Below, in pieces: positions 8,495 through 16,879 of a stretch of 64,000 nt of DNA. Source of the DNA: a virus (taxonomy: Duplodnaviria; Caudoviricetes); the IMG/VR virus record IMGVR_UViG_2636416187_000004, positions 1 through 64,000 of that record. One strand, given 5' to 3'. The translations under genes were made by a program, and so were the position numbers. The notes under the pieces were generated by a model, which searched no databases, was not told where the DNA came from, and saw nothing but the letters and a program-made list of their open reading frames with translations. The first letter of the stretch is position 1. Every line of letters starts with the position of its first letter.

Positions 8495-8878
8495 TTAGGC
8501 GTACAGCTCAGGCTGTTCGGCGCGGCGCACCATTCGAACTTGCGCTGTTCTGCGTTCCGGCACGCGTCGATCTCGGCGCATTGCGTCCTCCCCAATCATT
8601 GAGTGCATCGCGATAAGCGCCGCGAGAGCGATGCACATCGGCGAAATTATCTGGCGGCGCATTGCTTCGGCGACCATTGCGGTCTGGCGGTGAACGCCAA
8701 GCTTGAACATCGCGTTCGAAAGTCGCTTAACCACAGTTCCCGGCTCAACATTGAACACCCGGGCAATCTCTTTCGCTGTCATGCCCTGAGCAGCAGAAAG
8801 CACGAACTGAAGCTCGCGCGGTGCAAGTCCGCGACCGAGATAGCCCTTCCATGCACCGCTAACGATTTCCGATTCCAT
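8495..8878 (-). CDS. LuxR-family HTH protein, first gene of the pL operon
   Basis: LAPRELQFV...GMTAKEIA...TVVKRLSNAMFKLGV LuxR C-terminal pattern. Confidence 0.85.
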   Translation of the reverse strand: MESEIVSGAWKGYLGRGLAPRELQFVLSAAQGMTAKEIARVFNVEPGTVVKRLSNAMFKLGVHRQTAMVAEAMRRQIISPMCIALAALIAMHSMIGEDAMRRDRRVPERRTAQVRMVRRAEQPELYA

Positions 8879-9133
8879 TTGTTGTAACTCCCGGTTGTTT
8901 TCCCAATGCGCCCGGCCAACCAGGCGCATCAGTGAAACTTTCCGTGTCCCTTCGACGCTGCTGGCGCGGTACGGGCTCTTTCAAATTGTTCACCTGGTCG
9001 CGGCTCGGCCCACCAGAACACTTTTTTTGATCGCTTTACGCTGCGCGCCTTGGGTAGTGGCCACCCATCTGAACCGTTCAGGCCGGTTCATCGCTGCCTT
9101 CCATCTGGCCGGTTGTTATCCGGCGATGGGTAA

Positions 9134-9176
9134 ACATTACCTCTGGGTAACATTGATGGTCAATACCTGTAGGTAA
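9134..9176 (-). promoter_or_regulatory. pL/OL of prophage 1: two TTACC-N4-GGTAA-type operators overlapping a leftward promoter
   Basis: Palindromes at 9137-9150 and 9163-9176; TTGACC and TAATGT on minus strand. Confidence 0.75.
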
Positions 9177-9192
9177 TTATTTTAATTTTGGC

Positions 9193-9224
9193 AAAAAAAA
9201 ACCCGCGTGCGAGGCGGGCTTTTC
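9193..9224 (-). terminator. Terminator downstream of cI
   Basis: CCCGC/GCGGG stem flanked by A9 and T4. Confidence 0.65.
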
Positions 9225-9246
9225 GAAAGTGAAATTGTGATGAGGG

Positions 9247-9981
9247 TTACAACAGAACCGAATACCAGAACACCTTGCCGATCACGATGATGTCTTTTTT
9301 AAGCATCTCATCTGCGCTGTATTCTTCGTCAGGATGCTCAAGCTGGTTGTAGCTTCGCATCCTAATGCCGCCTCCTGGAACTCTATATAGGGTCTTAACC
9401 CTGAGCTGACCACCATGATTCACCGCGTACATCTTACCGTCAGTGATAGCGGTGTTGCCTTGATCAACTCCGACAGTGCTTCCATGAGGTAGCACGGGCT
9501 CCATGCTGTTTCCACTCACTGTTACGCAAACAGCCTCGCTTGGCTGTACGTTCTGACGCCTGAGCGTTTGCTTGCCAAACCGCAATTTCTGGTGTTGCGA
9601 TGGCTCTACGACTGTTCTTCCGCTCCCGGCTGACAGTTCTACTTCCTTGAGGAACGGCACGTACACCTCGTCATCATCCAACGGTGTGTCATCGTCCCAC
9701 ACCGAAAACTGGCCCAAGAACTGAGCATTGCTATCGACTTTAACCGGCTGCATTCCCGGTCGATCCAGTGAATAGCGATCAAGTCCGAGCTTCATCTCGA
9801 TGTCTCGAGCGAAGTCCTCTCCGATGTTTTTACTACCAGCAGATGACGGTGCTGTCGATAGGCAGCGTGATATGTAATTCGCGCTCTTGCCCAAAGCATC
9901 GGCAATTCTTGCCTGCTTTCCATCGAAGCGTTGCTTCATGAGTGTCCGCAAATTTTCGCGGCGAATGTCTGAAATATCCAT
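9247..9981 (-). CDS. cI: CI-like repressor with HTH and S24 peptidase domain
   Basis: N-terminal HTH; LSAGSG cleavage site, GNSMEP serine, RVK lysine; divergent from cro. Confidence 0.92.
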   Translation of the reverse strand: MDISDIRRENLRTLMKQRFDGKQARIADALGKSANYISRCLSTAPSSAGSKNIGEDFARDIEMKLGLDRYSLDRPGMQPVKVDSNAQFLGQFSVWDDDTPLDDDEVYVPFLKEVELSAGSGRTVVEPSQHQKLRFGKQTLRRQNVQPSEAVCVTVSGNSMEPVLPHGSTVGVDQGNTAITDGKMYAVNHGGQLRVKTLYRVPGGGIRMRSYNQLEHPDEEYSADEMLKKDIIVIGKVFWYSVLL

Positions 9982-10001
9982 CCGCAAATCATCCTTCACT
10001 G

Positions 10002-10058
10002 TTACCAATAGGTAAATTCCCTTCGGGTATTGCTTTGAGATTACCTGCGGGTAATAAT
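10002..10058. promoter_or_regulatory. OR of prophage 1: three operators and pR
   Basis: TTACCAATAGGTAA 10002-15, TTCCCTTCGGGTAT 10017-30, TTACCTGCGGGTAA 10041-54. Confidence 0.75.
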
Positions 10059-10084
10059 CCGAGGCATCTAAAGGGAGGCCCGCC

Positions 10085-10315
10085 ATGCGGACAAAAAATC
10101 CTCAACTTCTTGAGTGGTTAAAAACGGCTACTGACGCTTCCGTCAAAAAGACGGGCACCAGCCGTGCATACCTGCGACTCATCGCTTACGGACACAAGAC
10201 CGCGTCAGCAGAAATTGCTGCGAGAACAGAGTCCGCAACCGAAGGAAAGGTAACTCGTCAAGCTCTCCGGCCCGATGACTGGAAGCAGATCTGGCCGGAA
10301 CTGTCGATTGCCTGA
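10085..10315 (+). CDS. cro: Cro-like protein (YdaS-type)
   Basis: Divergent from cI; VTRQALRPDDWKQIWPEL C-terminus. Confidence 0.85.
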   Translation: MRTKNPQLLEWLKTATDASVKKTGTSRAYLRLIAYGHKTASAEIAARTESATEGKVTRQALRPDDWKQIWPELSIA

Positions 10316-10379
10316 ATTCCCCATTTCGCTGGGCCAATTATCCAGGCTGATCGAGTGGGGTAACAGTGACTTGGAATAG

Positions 10380-10395
10380 CTGTGAATTCATACAG
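10380..10395. promoter_or_regulatory. LexA (SOS) box upstream of the antirepressor
   Basis: CTGTGAATTCATACAG matches CTGT-N8-ACAG. Confidence 0.7.
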
Positions 10396-10468
10396 TAGAT
10401 AAAAAGCAGACAAAAAAAAAGCCGGTGGCTAGACCGGCTTCTTCAAACAACAAACTTGAGGGGCCAGT

Positions 10469-11209
10469 ATGAACACGAACGTCACCCCCGGCAATACCCC
10501 GAATCCTGCGACACGTTTTGCTCAATCTCAAAACGTGTCGCGACACATGTCGTCTCGCGTGATCGCCGAACTGATCGGCAGCTCTCACGACAATGTGCTG
10601 AAAACCATCCGTGCACTGGTTGCGAAGGGTGTCGTTTCTTCAAACGACACCCCCTACGTGCACCCGCAGAACGGGCAGGTGTACCGCGAGTTCCTGCTGT
10701 CGCAGCGCGACACCCTCGTCGTCGTGTCCGGTTACAGCGTCGAGCTGCGTGCCAAGATCATTGATCGCTGGCAGGAGCTAGAGGCCCAAGCGGGTCAGTT
10801 CCAGATCCCGGCCACCTACGCCGAGGCGCTGCAGGCTGCCGCTGATCAGGCGAAGGACAACCAAACCCTGCGCCTAGTAATCCTCGATCAGGCACCGAAG
10901 GTTGCGGCCATCAAAAGGCTTGCTGCTGCGGAAGGTGCTATCTGCATCACCGACGCTGCGAAGCATCTGCAGCTGAAGCCTTCGAAGCTCTTCGCCTGGA
11001 TGCAGCAGAACCGGTGGATCTTCCGTCGCCAAGGCTCCGGGCGCTGGACTGCCTACCAACCACGCATCACCTCCGGGCTCTTGGTCCACAAAGTCACTGC
11101 TCTCAAGCCTGACTCAGAAACCGGTGCTGACCGTGCCGCTTTCGATCCTCTCGTTACCCCAAAGGGCCTTGCCCGTTTGGCCGAATTGAATATCGGAGCC
11201 TCGCTGTGA
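10469..11209 (+). CDS. Rha-domain and KilAC/ANT-domain antirepressor
   Basis: MSSRVIAELIGSSHDNVLKTI (Rha); IPATYAEAL...APKV...VTPKGLARL (ANT). Confidence 0.85.
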   Translation: MNTNVTPGNTPNPATRFAQSQNVSRHMSSRVIAELIGSSHDNVLKTIRALVAKGVVSSNDTPYVHPQNGQVYREFLLSQRDTLVVVSGYSVELRAKIIDRWQELEAQAGQFQIPATYAEALQAAADQAKDNQTLRLVILDQAPKVAAIKRLAAAEGAICITDAAKHLQLKPSKLFAWMQQNRWIFRRQGSGRWTAYQPRITSGLLVHKVTALKPDSETGADRAAFDPLVTPKGLARLAELNIGASL

Positions 11210-11997
11210 GCGTTCAAGCAATGTCATGGGCGCTGTCTTTGCCCACGCAAGTTCTCAAGGATGCCAGTGCCCGGCACGTGCTGCTGTGCCTGGCCAACTA
11301 TGCCGGATCGAATGGCGCTGGCGCGTTCCCGTCGGCTACCACCCTGGCTCAGGACACCGGACTCTCCGAGCGCACCGTGCGCTACAAGCTGGACGACTTG
11401 GAGAAGTCCGGACTGATCCAGAAGGGCAACCAGGCGATCGCCGCTGTTCACATTGATCGCCATGACCGCCGCCCAGTCGTTTACGACCTTCAACTATTGC
11501 GGGGTGCAAATGCTGCACCCCGTACAGAACGGGGTGCAGATGACGGCACGGGGTGCAATCCACAACAGAGCGGGGTGCAACCTACGACAGAACGGGGTGC
11601 AGCGGCTGCACCCAATCCGTCACTTAACCATCAATTAACCGAAGAGCAGCTGCAGCAGCGCGAGATTGATGCCGCTCTTGCCGAACAGAACAGCGCCGCG
11701 ATCGAGCCGCAGGATGATCGCCAGCGCTTCGCCATGTTCGCCACTTGGGTGCCCAACGAGAAAGCGTTGTCGGATCAGATCGCAATCGCAGGGCTTCCGG
11801 TTGACTGCGTCCCTGACGAAGCGGTTCGCAAGTTCAAGGGCTTCCACTGCGCCAAGCCAAACACTCTCGATTCCAGCCCCGGCTGGTGCTACCGCCTGGT
11901 CCAGTGGGTGAAGCGTGAGCGAGTGCAGGCAGCGGGCCGAGGGCAGGAGCCTGATTTCAATGACACCAGTTGGGGTGATGACCTGGGAGGTCTGTGA
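11206..11997 (+). CDS. Replication initiator (HTH; O analog)
   Basis: VLLCLANYA...FPSATTLAQDTGLSERTVR HTH; internal iterons. Confidence 0.85.
   Translation: MSVQAMSWALSLPTQVLKDASARHVLLCLANYAGSNGAGAFPSATTLAQDTGLSERTVRYKLDDLEKSGLIQKGNQAIAAVHIDRHDRRPVVYDLQLLRGANAAPRTERGADDGTGCNPQQSGVQPTTERGAAAAPNPSLNHQLTEEQLQQREIDAALAEQNSAAIEPQDDRQRFAMFATWVPNEKALSDQIAIAGLPVDCVPDEAVRKFKGFHCAKPNTLDSSPGWCYRLVQWVKRERVQAAGRGQEPDFNDTSWGDDLGGL
11500..11613. repeat. Replication origin iterons of prophage 1
   Basis: Five direct CGGGGTGCA copies (11500, 11530, 11549, 11571, 11593) plus two inverted TGCACCC. Confidence 0.75.
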
Positions 11998-12659
11998 TGA
12001 AGTCTGTTTCGAGTGTGCTGCAAATGTTGCCCAACGTGGCCTCGGCTGAAGTCGCGCCAGTGAAGGCGGATGCCGGTACCGTACAGGTCATCAACTCGCT
12101 GTTCCGCGAGCTGATGGCTATCTTCCCGGCGTGGAAGCAGGCGTGGCCTGATAACCATGCCGTCAACGCCGCGAAAGCCACATGGACCAAGGCGTTCATG
12201 GCCGAGAAAATCACGAAGGTCGAGCAGATTCGTTTCGGTATCGAGCAGTGCCGGAAGCTCGGCTCAGACTTTGCACCAAGCGTCGGCAAGTTCATCAACT
12301 TGTGCCAGCCCACGCCAGAAATGCTTGGGCTGCCACCGCTTGAAACGGCATTTCGCGAAGCGTGCCGCAATGTCCATCCGTCGATGGCCGGCCAGGCGAA
12401 CTGGTCGCACGATGCGATTTGGCACACGGCCAAGGAGTCGGGTTTCGAGAGTCTGAACCGCCTTGATACCTCACTGGCGCGCAAGCTGTTCGAACGCAAC
12501 TACGTGATCACGCTGCGCCGTTTGATCGATGGGTTGCCGCTCCAAAAGATGCCGCTGGCATTGCCCGCCCGAGTTGATGGCCGCCGTACGCCTGAGATCG
12601 GCAACAAAGCGCTCGCTGAGCTGCGTGCCATGCGATCGAGGGCTGCCCGCCATGCCTGA
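11994..12659 (+). CDS. Replication protein P-like helicase loader
   Basis: LFRELMAIFPAWKQAW, FAPSVGKFI motifs; follows the initiator. Confidence 0.8.
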   Translation: MMKSVSSVLQMLPNVASAEVAPVKADAGTVQVINSLFRELMAIFPAWKQAWPDNHAVNAAKATWTKAFMAEKITKVEQIRFGIEQCRKLGSDFAPSVGKFINLCQPTPEMLGLPPLETAFREACRNVHPSMAGQANWSHDAIWHTAKESGFESLNRLDTSLARKLFERNYVITLRRLIDGLPLQKMPLALPARVDGRRTPEIGNKALAELRAMRSRAARHA

Positions 12660-12861
12660 CCGCCGCCTGGCTGTTCCTGAGATCGAGACCTACCGATGGG
12701 CTGTGTTCTGCTGCTCATTCAAGGTTGATTTGAGTTCACCACCTGATCACGCACTGGCGCTGTTCGCCGATGAGTCCATGGCCAAGCGTTATGGGGCGTG
12801 GATGTGGCCGGGCACCTACGAAGTCGTCGACGTCGTCACGGGGAAGCCAGCATGCGCGTGA
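12652..12861 (+). CDS. Phage hypothetical protein
   Basis: Overlap-coupled ORF in the nin region. Confidence 0.55.
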   Translation: MPDRRLAVPEIETYRWAVFCCSFKVDLSSPPDHALALFADESMAKRYGAWMWPGTYEVVDVVTGKPACA

Positions 12862-13154
12862 GTTCGAGAAAGCTCCGCGCCTCGGCCAATGGCCAAGAGT
12901 GCACCGTCCGGATGCCGGGCATCTGCAATTACAACCCACAAACCACCGTCCTTGCGCATCTGCCATGCGGGCAGAAGGGCATGGGCATGAAGGGCTTCGA
13001 CACCGTCGCGGTGTACGCCTGCAGTGCCTGCCACGACGTCATCGACGGCCGCGCCGCTGGCGACGTCGATTGGCAGGACATGCCGCGCGCCATTGCCGAA
13101 ACCCACGAAGGCCTGATCCGGGCCGGAATTCTCACCGTAAAGGGGGCTGCATGA
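12852..13154 (+). CDS. DUF1364/YbcO-like Zn-binding putative nuclease
   Basis: GQECTVRMPGICNYNPQTTVLAH and CSACHD motifs. Confidence 0.8.
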   Translation: MRVSSRKLRASANGQECTVRMPGICNYNPQTTVLAHLPCGQKGMGMKGFDTVAVYACSACHDVIDGRAAGDVDWQDMPRAIAETHEGLIRAGILTVKGAA

Positions 13155-13522
13155 TCGACATGACGCTGCCGTGGCCGCCAAAGGAGTTGAGTCCGAATGC
13201 GCGCGTGCACTGGCGGCAAAAACACAAACACGCGAAAGCGTACCGTCGCACCTGCGGTCTGATCGCGCTGGCGCTGGATGCACCGCGTCTCAGCAGCAAG
13301 AAGTACTTTTGGGTCACGTTCTGCCCGCCGAATCGTCGCTCCTACGACGATGACAACCTGCTGGCGCGCTTCAAGGCCGGCCGGGATGGCATCGCCGATG
13401 GCCTGGGTATCGACGATAAGAACTTCGTCACCACGATCAATATCGGCAAGCCGGTGCCGGGTGGCGCGGTGCGCGTGCACATCCGGGAATATCCAATCGA
13501 CCCGGAGCCGAACACCCCATGA
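13151..13522 (+). CDS. RusA-like Holliday junction resolvase
   Basis: LPWPP..LSPN, RRSYDDDNL..FK..RDGIADGLGIDD motifs. Confidence 0.75.
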   Translation: MIDMTLPWPPKELSPNARVHWRQKHKHAKAYRRTCGLIALALDAPRLSSKKYFWVTFCPPNRRSYDDDNLLARFKAGRDGIADGLGIDDKNFVTTINIGKPVPGGAVRVHIREYPIDPEPNTP

Positions 13523-14799
13523 GCCAGAGCCTGCTGACCACGTTTTCTGATGCCGAGATCCGCCGGCAATCGGCCAACACCGATATCCGTGACATGCGGG
13601 ACGCGCGGTATCCCGGCGTTTACTTTCGCTTCCACAAGAATCGCGAGCGCGGTACCTGGCACCTGGTGGTTGGCAAGAAGTGGGAGAAGATTGCCGGTTT
13701 CCCGGAGCTGCCGGTGAAAGGGCTGATCAATGCGCTGCCGAAGATCCGCGAGCGCCTTGCCGCTGACCCGAAGGCCTCGGCTGCAGCCGGCACCTTGCAG
13801 ACGGTCGGCCAGTTGCTCGACTGGTTCACGGCGCGCCAAGCCGTTGACCGCAGCCTGTCGGCCAAGCGCCGATCCACCAACACCTCGATCATCGCCTGCC
13901 ACCTGAAGCCGCGGCTCGGTGAGCTGCTGGTGGAGGAGGTGGACCGCTTCACCCTGGACAAGCAACTGATGTGGCCGATGCAGGCCGAGTTCTCGCTGTC
14001 CTACGTGCGCCTGATGTGGGGCGTGCTGGTGGTGGCGTTTCGGCAGGCCGAGAAGCTGCGCATGATCAGCTCCAACCCGATCGCGGGCTTCAAGTTCACC
14101 GACTTCACTAAGGCCAAGATCCAGCCCAAGCCTTCCCGGTTGCGCGCCGTCCAGCTCGAGGATGTGATCGGGGACCTGGCCGCCAGTTTCGACCGGTACC
14201 CGCAGGACTGCATGCTGGCGCTGATGATGCTCTGCCACGGTACGCGCGTCGGCGAAACCCGCATGGCTCGGTGGGCGCACCTGACCCTGGGCGAGCAGGG
14301 CGAGTGGTTCATCCCGGCCGAGAACACCAAAACCCGCTGCGAGCATCGGTTGCCACTGACGCATCAGGTCTGCGCGCTGCTGGAGCGGTACCGGGACTGG
14401 CAGGCAGCTAAGGGCTACAAGGGCGCGTTCGTCTTCCCGGCTCGTGGCGGTGGATGCCTCAGCGACAGCCAGGCCTGTGCCGTGTTCACCCGGTTGGGGA
14501 AGGGCGAGTGGACAAGCCACGACCTGCGCAAGGTGGCCCGCACCGGCTGGACTGATCTCGGCGTGGACTTCCTCATCGGCGAGATGCTGGTGAACCACAC
14601 GATGACCCGCAACGTGCAGACCTACATCCACACATCCGCCGAACTGCTCAAGCGCGAAGCCCTGAGCAAGTGGCACGAATGGTTAGACGCGAAAGGCTTC
14701 AGCCTGATTCACCGCTCGACCATGACTAGAAACGGAAATTCGCAGAATGCCGCCGAGGCTTTGAATGGCGCGGCTTCTAGCCAAATCACGAAACCATAA
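13519..14799 (+). CDS. Second tyrosine recombinase/integrase-family protein in the nin region
   Basis: HGTRVGE (R), NTK (K), HDLRK (HxxR), VNH, QTY (Y) all present. Confidence 0.88.
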   Translation: MSQSLLTTFSDAEIRRQSANTDIRDMRDARYPGVYFRFHKNRERGTWHLVVGKKWEKIAGFPELPVKGLINALPKIRERLAADPKASAAAGTLQTVGQLLDWFTARQAVDRSLSAKRRSTNTSIIACHLKPRLGELLVEEVDRFTLDKQLMWPMQAEFSLSYVRLMWGVLVVAFRQAEKLRMISSNPIAGFKFTDFTKAKIQPKPSRLRAVQLEDVIGDLAASFDRYPQDCMLALMMLCHGTRVGETRMARWAHLTLGEQGEWFIPAENTKTRCEHRLPLTHQVCALLERYRDWQAAKGYKGAFVFPARGGGCLSDSQACAVFTRLGKGEWTSHDLRKVARTGWTDLGVDFLIGEMLVNHTMTRNVQTYIHTSAELLKREALSKWHEWLDAKGFSLIHRSTMTRNGNSQNAAEALNGAASSQITKP

Positions 14800-14815
14800 A
14801 AGGCGAGGTTTAAAA

Positions 14816-15016
14816 ATGATGATTTTGCTCGATGAGGCATCCGGCCTCGCCGTGAATCCAGCCGAAGTCAGCTCGATGCGGTACGAGAACTGGAATGGCG
14901 GCAAGCACCTGGTGCTGACCATGCAAACCGGCAAGGAGCTTTCGGTGGAGCATTGGCCTCATGGTGATGGCCCAAACGTCTACCGCCTGCACGAGCAGCT
15001 GCTGGAGGCTCAATGA
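14816..15016 (+). CDS. Phage hypothetical protein
   Basis: GAGG SD; coupled to the next gene. Confidence 0.6.
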   Translation: MMILLDEASGLAVNPAEVSSMRYENWNGGKHLVLTMQTGKELSVEHWPHGDGPNVYRLHEQLLEAQ

Positions 15017-15330
15017 ATAAGTCTCACGGACCAGCCTTCCGCGCCGCGATGCTCGACCTGGCCAAGTGCCCGGCGTGCCGTGGTCGCGCGGTGATCAAGG
15101 GCGTTTTCCATGAGCTGGGCTGCGTGCAGTGCGCCGCCTCGGGCTGGGTCACCGCCGAAACTGGCGAAGCCCTAACGCTAGAGGTGCTGGTGACGCAGCT
15201 GAGCATTCGTCTCCAGGCTGCCGAGCACGAGATTGCGCAGTTCAAGTGCTTCAAGCCAGCCGGGGCTGAAGCGCAATACAACGAGAACAACCGCCGTGGC
15301 CCTGGTGCCACCAACTTCACTGGGGATTGA
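15013..15330 (+). CDS. Zinc-finger phage protein
   Basis: CPACRGR and CVQCAASG motifs. Confidence 0.7.
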   Translation: MNKSHGPAFRAAMLDLAKCPACRGRAVIKGVFHELGCVQCAASGWVTAETGEALTLEVLVTQLSIRLQAAEHEIAQFKCFKPAGAEAQYNENNRRGPGATNFTGD

Positions 15331-15333
15331 GCC

Positions 15334-15687
15334 ATGGCTTTCACACCGACATTTAAAGAACGTACCGCCGAGGATCTGCTGGAGCACTGGGGCCGCTGGG
15401 TCGTGCTGGGCTCTGGCGTGTCCTGCTGCGCTTCCCGCGAGAACACGATCCTGTCGCCGATGATCACCGATGACGACGCGCTGATGATTGATGGTCTGAT
15501 GGGCCGCCTGCTGAAGCGTTACCCGGAATGCGGCCAGGTGCTGATGCGCTACTACACCAGCCGGGACACATCGCTGATGGAAGTCGGCAAGAAGATGAAG
15601 TTCGGCGAAGAAAAGACCCGGCAGCTCTGGAAGGCCGGCGTGGCCTGGATTGATGGCGCGCTCGATGTTCGACGTCAGGCCGCTTGA
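15334..15687 (+). CDS. Q: Late antitermination protein Q-like
   Basis: LLEHWGRWV, ITDDDALMID, AGVAWIDG motifs; directly precedes a promoter-terminator pair. Confidence 0.8.
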   Translation: MAFTPTFKERTAEDLLEHWGRWVVLGSGVSCCASRENTILSPMITDDDALMIDGLMGRLLKRYPECGQVLMRYYTSRDTSLMEVGKKMKFGEEKTRQLWKAGVAWIDGALDVRRQAA

Positions 15688-15712
15688 CAGGCCCGGGGAC
15701 TGACTATAGATT
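15684..15712 (+). promoter_or_regulatory. Late promoter pR'
   Basis: TTGACA-17-TAGATT at the end of Q. Confidence 0.7.
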
Positions 15713-15740
15713 TCAGTTACTTTGCGGTTTTTCCGCGTGC

Positions 15741-15775
15741 AAAGCCCGTCTCTGAGATGGGCTTTTTGCTTTTTG
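15741..15775 (+). terminator. tR'-like intrinsic terminator
   Basis: AAAGCCCGTC/GATGGGCTTT stem followed by T tracts. Confidence 0.7.
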
Positions 15776-15820
15776 GGTAGCGTTCGATCATTGTGGTTCT
15801 CTTTGAATGGAGAGGATTAA

Positions 15821-16054
15821 ATGGATCGAGAAACTGAAGCCCAGATCGGTGAAATTTTTGAGCAGATTTGCATCGCAGCGGATGCGCGACAAGTTACTCA
15901 CTCATCAGTTGGCACCGACGATGAGCATCCGGCGCGCCGCCAGTTAATCGTCAAAGGGTTGCGAGATCGCCTTTACCGGAAGTATCCAAAGTCTTTGGTT
16001 CTGGTTGATGTAATCGCGAGCGGAACCATCACTGTGTCGATCACGCATCCGTAA
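15821..16054 (+). CDS. Small moron between tR' and holin
   Basis: GAGGA SD; followed by its own terminator at 16071-16098. Confidence 0.6.
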   Translation: MDRETEAQIGEIFEQICIAADARQVTHSSVGTDDEHPARRQLIVKGLRDRLYRKYPKSLVLVDVIASGTITVSITHP

Positions 16055-16229
16055 CAAGTCGCACCACTGAAAGCCTCGTTAATTGCGGGGCTTTTTTCGT
16101 TTATGGAATTCCATGAGCCTCGGCATTCGCCGGGGCTTTTTCGTTTTCGGCTCCACCACACCCATCGCTCTGAGCTGGGAGTGCTGCTGGAGCCGGATCT
16201 AATGCACTCCCCCAAAGGGAGGAATCGAG

Positions 16230-16553
16230 ATGCCAAACATGCCTGAGAAGGATCCCGGACTGTGGGCCGCTGTGCTCGCCTGGCTGCTGCTGCATCAGCC
16301 GCAGCTCTATGCCGCTGGCCTTTCGGTCGGCATCGCTGTGCTGCGGGTGATGTACGGCGGTGGCACTCGCCGTCAGATGTATCTGGAGGGGGCGCTGTGC
16401 GGCCTGGTCACGCTCTCGCTGGTGCCACTCCTTGAATGGATGGGGTTACCGCAGAGCATGGCCACGTTCGCCGGTGGCGCCGTTGGTTTCCTCGGCGTCG
16501 AGAAGGTGCGCGGTTATTACGATCGGGCGGCAGCTCGGAAGGTTGAAGGCTGA
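16230..16553 (+). CDS. Holin, lambda family (3 TM)
   Basis: Three hydrophobic helices, GGAVGFLGVEKVR motif, dual Met start MPNMPEK. Confidence 0.85.
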   Translation: MPNMPEKDPGLWAAVLAWLLLHQPQLYAAGLSVGIAVLRVMYGGGTRRQMYLEGALCGLVTLSLVPLLEWMGLPQSMATFAGGAVGFLGVEKVRGYYDRAAARKVEG

Positions 16554-16879
16554 TGGCGAACACATCGCCTTGGCATCACCTCTACAAGACGAAGGAATGG
16601 TTTCGCCTTCGGTGGAGCCAGCTCCAGACAGAGCCGCTGTGCCGTCGATGCTCCTCGCAAGGGCGCGTGGTCGCCGCCAACATTGCCGACCACGTCAAGC
16701 CGCACCGAGGTGACGTAACGCTGTTCTTCGACGCGACCAACCTGCAGAGCCTTTGCAAGGTCTGCCATGACAGCGCGAAGCAGCGAGAGGAGAAGTCCGG
16801 CGTTGTGGTCGGGTGTGACGTCAATGGCCTACCTATCGACCCGAATCACCACTGGAATCGGTCGAAGACCGTAAAATGA
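16553..16879 (+). CDS. Terminase-associated HNH endonuclease
   Basis: PLCRRC, DHVKPHRGD, NLQSLCKVCH; directly upstream of terS. Confidence 0.88.
   Translation: MANTSPWHHLYKTKEWFRLRWSQLQTEPLCRRCSSQGRVVAANIADHVKPHRGDVTLFFDATNLQSLCKVCHDSAKQREEKSGVVVGCDVNGLPIDPNHHWNRSKTVK

Noticed and set aside
11500-11613. Short repeats in replication genes (also 60528-60645) as a novel array
   Set aside because: Position inside the initiator gene and roughly 20-22 bp spacing fit ordinary lambdoid origin iterons.
13342-14676. Long antisense ORFs (for example 13342-14676, 19214-20191, 24696-25826, 37729-39117, 43530-44588, 60120-61133)
   Set aside because: They are shadow frames opposite well-supported GC-rich genes, with no recognisable motifs.
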